DNA of 64,000 nt from Chrysomallon squamiferum. Lineage: Eukaryota; Animalia; Mollusca. Position 1 is the stretch's first letter. Every line of letters begins with the position of its first letter. A program made the position numbers and the translations under genes. Of the stretch, positions 59,928 to 64,000 are shown in pieces. Location: the NCBI GenBank assembly GCA_012295275.1, contig CM022673.1:12214001-12278000 (forward strand), read 5' to 3'. The notes beneath the pieces were generated by a model. It worked only from the letters and a program-made list of their open reading frames with translations, was not told where the DNA came from and searched no databases.

Positions 59928-60564
59928 TAATAAAATAATAAAATAATGATAATAATACAATAATAAATACCAAACAAATAAACAGAAGCAAGATAAACAA
60001 CATGATCATCATTATCATCATCATGATCAACTGCAACAACAACAAAAAAAATAATAATAATAAAACAAACAAATATAATAATAATAATTAAAAAACCCAA
60101 ACACAGTATGCTTACCCCTTTACATGACCGTTAAAGTGTGTTTTTTTTATTATTATTTTTTTTTTTTTTTTTCATCAAACAAACTATTCATTCCTATGAT
60201 CGTTCGCATTAAAACGTGTTGTCGTTAAGCGAATATTCGTTAATTCAACATCACGTTAGGAAAGTCAAACAGTGTCCAGATAGAAAACGTGATGTTTATA
60301 CTTACTGCTACAGGTTATTATGTCTGTCAATAGCATGAAAAGAAAGAAAACAGAGAGAAAGAGGTGTTGAAAATATTCAATAAACATTTCAACAGAGTAC
60401 TATTCTTTAAAAAAAAAAAAAAAAAAAACTTAAAAGAAATACAAACATATATGGTGTATCGCATGACAAATATTCGTCAATACATTTATTAAACTTTTCC
60501 TGTTCCAACCACATTGCTCAAAGATAAATATAGAAGATCCCTTAACAAATGTACAAAAAAAAGG

Positions 60565-60617
<53 letters not shown>

Positions 60618-61344
60618 TTATACATACATACATACATACATACATACACACACACATACATACATAGCAAATGTTTGATATCCAACAGTTAATGACATAA
60701 ACTCAGTATTACGTCGTTATAAATAAAACGGTTAAAGAAAATGAAGAGCATTAACAAACCAATTAGGTTTGTCCACCAGAAGCCAGAGTCGATTGTGGTA
60801 AAACCACAATTTCTTCCAGTATTGATTAAAGACACTACACTTTTTTTTTTTTTTTTTTTTCTGTAATATGATACCAATATTACTGTGTTAACAAGGGTAG
60901 TATCCATATCGATGGGTGAAAATGGGGTATTAGACAGAAATTATACATAGTATTATAAAGAAATAATACTGAAAAAATATTGAGTCAGAATTTAATTAAA
61001 TTATTTCAAATTATTTAAAACTAATGCGCAGTATAAAATCATGTATATAATTTTAAACCGAATGAACAAATTTCTATTTATTTACATTTCGAAAGGCATC
61101 TCTATTTCGATACATCTATTTCGCTTCATCCAGATAAATATATGACGTCATTAATTGTCGCATTATGACGTTTAAATAGCAACATACTTGTACGCATTAT
61201 TAAGTCAAGACATTTTCTTCAGTGCTAGAGAACACTTAACAGATGGTATGTATATGCATGTATGCGCTCTCTCGCGCACCTGTGCTTATGTAAAAGAGAA
61301 AGAGACACACAGAGAGAAAGAAAACGACAGACAGAAACAGAGAC

Positions 61345-61424
<80 letters not shown>

Positions 61425-61847
61425 GAATCATCACCAGTAGGTTTAAAAAAAAAAAAAAAAGAAAAAAAAAAAAATGAATTGAAATTTTAGAAATCAGCAG
61501 GCTGCACATTCTCAAACTAAATTTCTCCCAAACAGTTTAAAATTCAATCAGTAACATTTAAATCCCATTCCGTCTGATGTTTGACTGTGTTGATTTTACT
61601 TCTGGCTGAACCTCAAAACCTGATTACCGAGCCCAAACGAACTGCCTTCATCGCCATTTTCAATTACTGCGCCGTCTGGCGGTGGTAATCCAAACAGACA
61701 ACTCCAAGGTAATTGCGATGCATTACCTGAACACCCCGCAATTAACTGTAAATCACTGTAGGACACTGAAACCTCACGGGCCATTAGCGATAGAACCACT
61801 TACACGTGAAAGTGAGATCGCGTCAGAGGTGGGTCCAGAGGATGGGC

Positions 61848-62044
<197 letters not shown>

Positions 62045-62646
62045 GTAAAGCAGTTGTGGGTCCTTATCCCCCTCTTTCTCTCCTTTCCTTCCTCTCTCTC
62101 TTCAAATTAATAAATTTAAAAATATTAAGATATTTAAAAAAAAAAAAAGCACCTATTTCTTCACCTATCAATGTCGTTACACTTTTTAAACTGATAAATC
62201 TTCGGCTGACGGAACATCATGACATCTCCGCAGTAATAGAACAAAACAAAAACAAAAAAAAGATCAATGCTGTTGCAGATCGAGACGTAAGTCTGTTGTA
62301 GAGACTGCTACCCGAGAAGCTTCGAAATACGAGCTCTTACAGTTTCAAGGTTGCCTGCGAGCGACAAAATAAATAACTGTAGAGATGCCATATTGTTAAT
62401 CTTTCAAGGGTTTTATTTTTACATTTCATTACAACTAATATTACCAAAAAAAAAAAGAAAAAATATATACATTCATCTATACGAACTTGTATACATGTCA
62501 TCTGTAAAGATTTCTTGGTGAATGTTATTATTAACAGAGGTTAATAATATCAATGAAATAATTTATCTGGCAGTATACACACGATGTTTCATTTTGTGTT
62601 ATTTGAATGCAGTTGAACAATGCAAGCTATAAATAATATCAACGAC

Positions 62647-62712
<66 letters not shown>

Positions 62713-63417
62713 AAGAAACAATCAGTAACACTCTCACAGAACGAATAACAAAAATATTATTTTTCGTAATCATCATCCTCCCACTCGAGTTTCTTTTTCT
62801 CTTTTTAAATTCCGCCTTCGCTACAAACCACCATCCATCTTCTGTTAAAATAATTAATCTGCATGTAAGAGAAAACGTACATCTAAACAAATCGGAGACA
62901 GGTGCGTTGTTCACTGCACGTTCGGCTTACACGTTCAAGCAGATTTCTACAATGTGGCGAATCGTATCTTCGCGATTTTACATAAATTACACAAACTGGA
63001 GAACACAAACTGATGTTTTTAAATCGTGTTAGAAAGCAAGGGCGGTTCCAGATGTTTTTTTTTTTTTTTTTTTTTTTAAACGATTTATTATTATTGTTGT
63101 TGTTGTTGTTGTGTTGTCGTTGGGTTGTTGTTGTTGTTGTCCATAACTGAAAACATTTTATTTTAAAAGGTGTAGTTACCATCAAGCTGAAATTTATTCC
63201 CCATTCCTCATGTCTGGAAAATACACACCCGAGTTTCTTAAAAATCTTCGGATTGGTAAAGATACAGTGAACCACATTTGATAGGAAGGGAAACTGTATA
63301 TTAAAGTGCAGACGTGTTGTATGTGGAAACAATTCATTTACTTGCTACAAGATCTAATTGCATAACTAGTAGCAAAATGTTCGACAGATACATGTGCATA
63401 TATCTAGATAGCTCTCG

Positions 63418-63457
<40 letters not shown>

Positions 63458-64000
63458 ATATATATATCTGTTTAAGCCTTTATATTTCATTTGTGGAGAG
63501 TTTAGATTGTGGAAATTTGATAAGGATGACAAATATATTTTTTCCTCATTCATTTTAAGGAAACAGTTTCTTTTTTGTTTTTTGTATACGCTTTTTTTTT
63601 TTGTTTTTTTTTTTTTTTTTTTTTTTTCATTAAAATAAAATGAGACTATGGTTCATTCCTCTTTTTTTTTTTTTTTTTTAAATTTATTATCATCTCAGTC
63701 ATTTCTTAAATTCTTAACTTTGAAAAGAACAATAAACCAAAAAGTAAAAAATAAAATATCTAAAAATAAAAATAAAAATTTAAAATAAACCAAAAAGTAA
63801 AAAATAATAAATCTAAAAATAAAAAAAAATAAAAAAAAAATAAAATAAATAAACCAAAAAGGAAAAAAAAAAAATTAAATAAATAAAAAATCTTGAACTC
63901 GTTTTTGGATAAAAAATATATTTTTAAAAAAGATATACTTTATAAGTTATCCAAAATATCAGCTGGCTAGTTCAACTATCTATTTGTGGCGCACTGGAAA

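Overview
AT-rich, microsatellite-dense eukaryotic genomic DNA with spliceosomal GT-AG introns. The gene content suggests a mollusc, probably a gastropod (inference). Most entries in the ORF track are translated microsatellites. I walked splice sites by hand and reconstructed four genes. (1) + strand 1551-20727, 31 exons, ~1535 aa: a secreted CEMIP/TMEM2-family protein (signal peptide, G8, GG, beta-helix) with an unusual C-terminal WSC domain plus two C-type lectin domains; it has two single-base frameshifts at homopolymers. (2) + strand 21483-32711, 16 exons, ~497 aa: an unrecognised, probably GPI-anchored protein made of seven six-cysteine modules, each encoded by a phase-symmetric exon pair and essentially invisible in the ORF track. 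(3) - strand 43210-35699, 14 exons: an indoleamine 2,3-dioxygenase / IDO-like myoglobin family gene whose heme-ligand exon appears overwritten by a (TTTG)n tract. (4) - strand 50414-49446: a small heat-shock protein with two alpha-crystallin domains. The window also has decoy duplications of splice acceptors, minisatellites, hairpin/foldback elements and candidate CLEAR/TATA, HSE and ARE motifs. No database search was possible, so family calls rest on remembered motifs.
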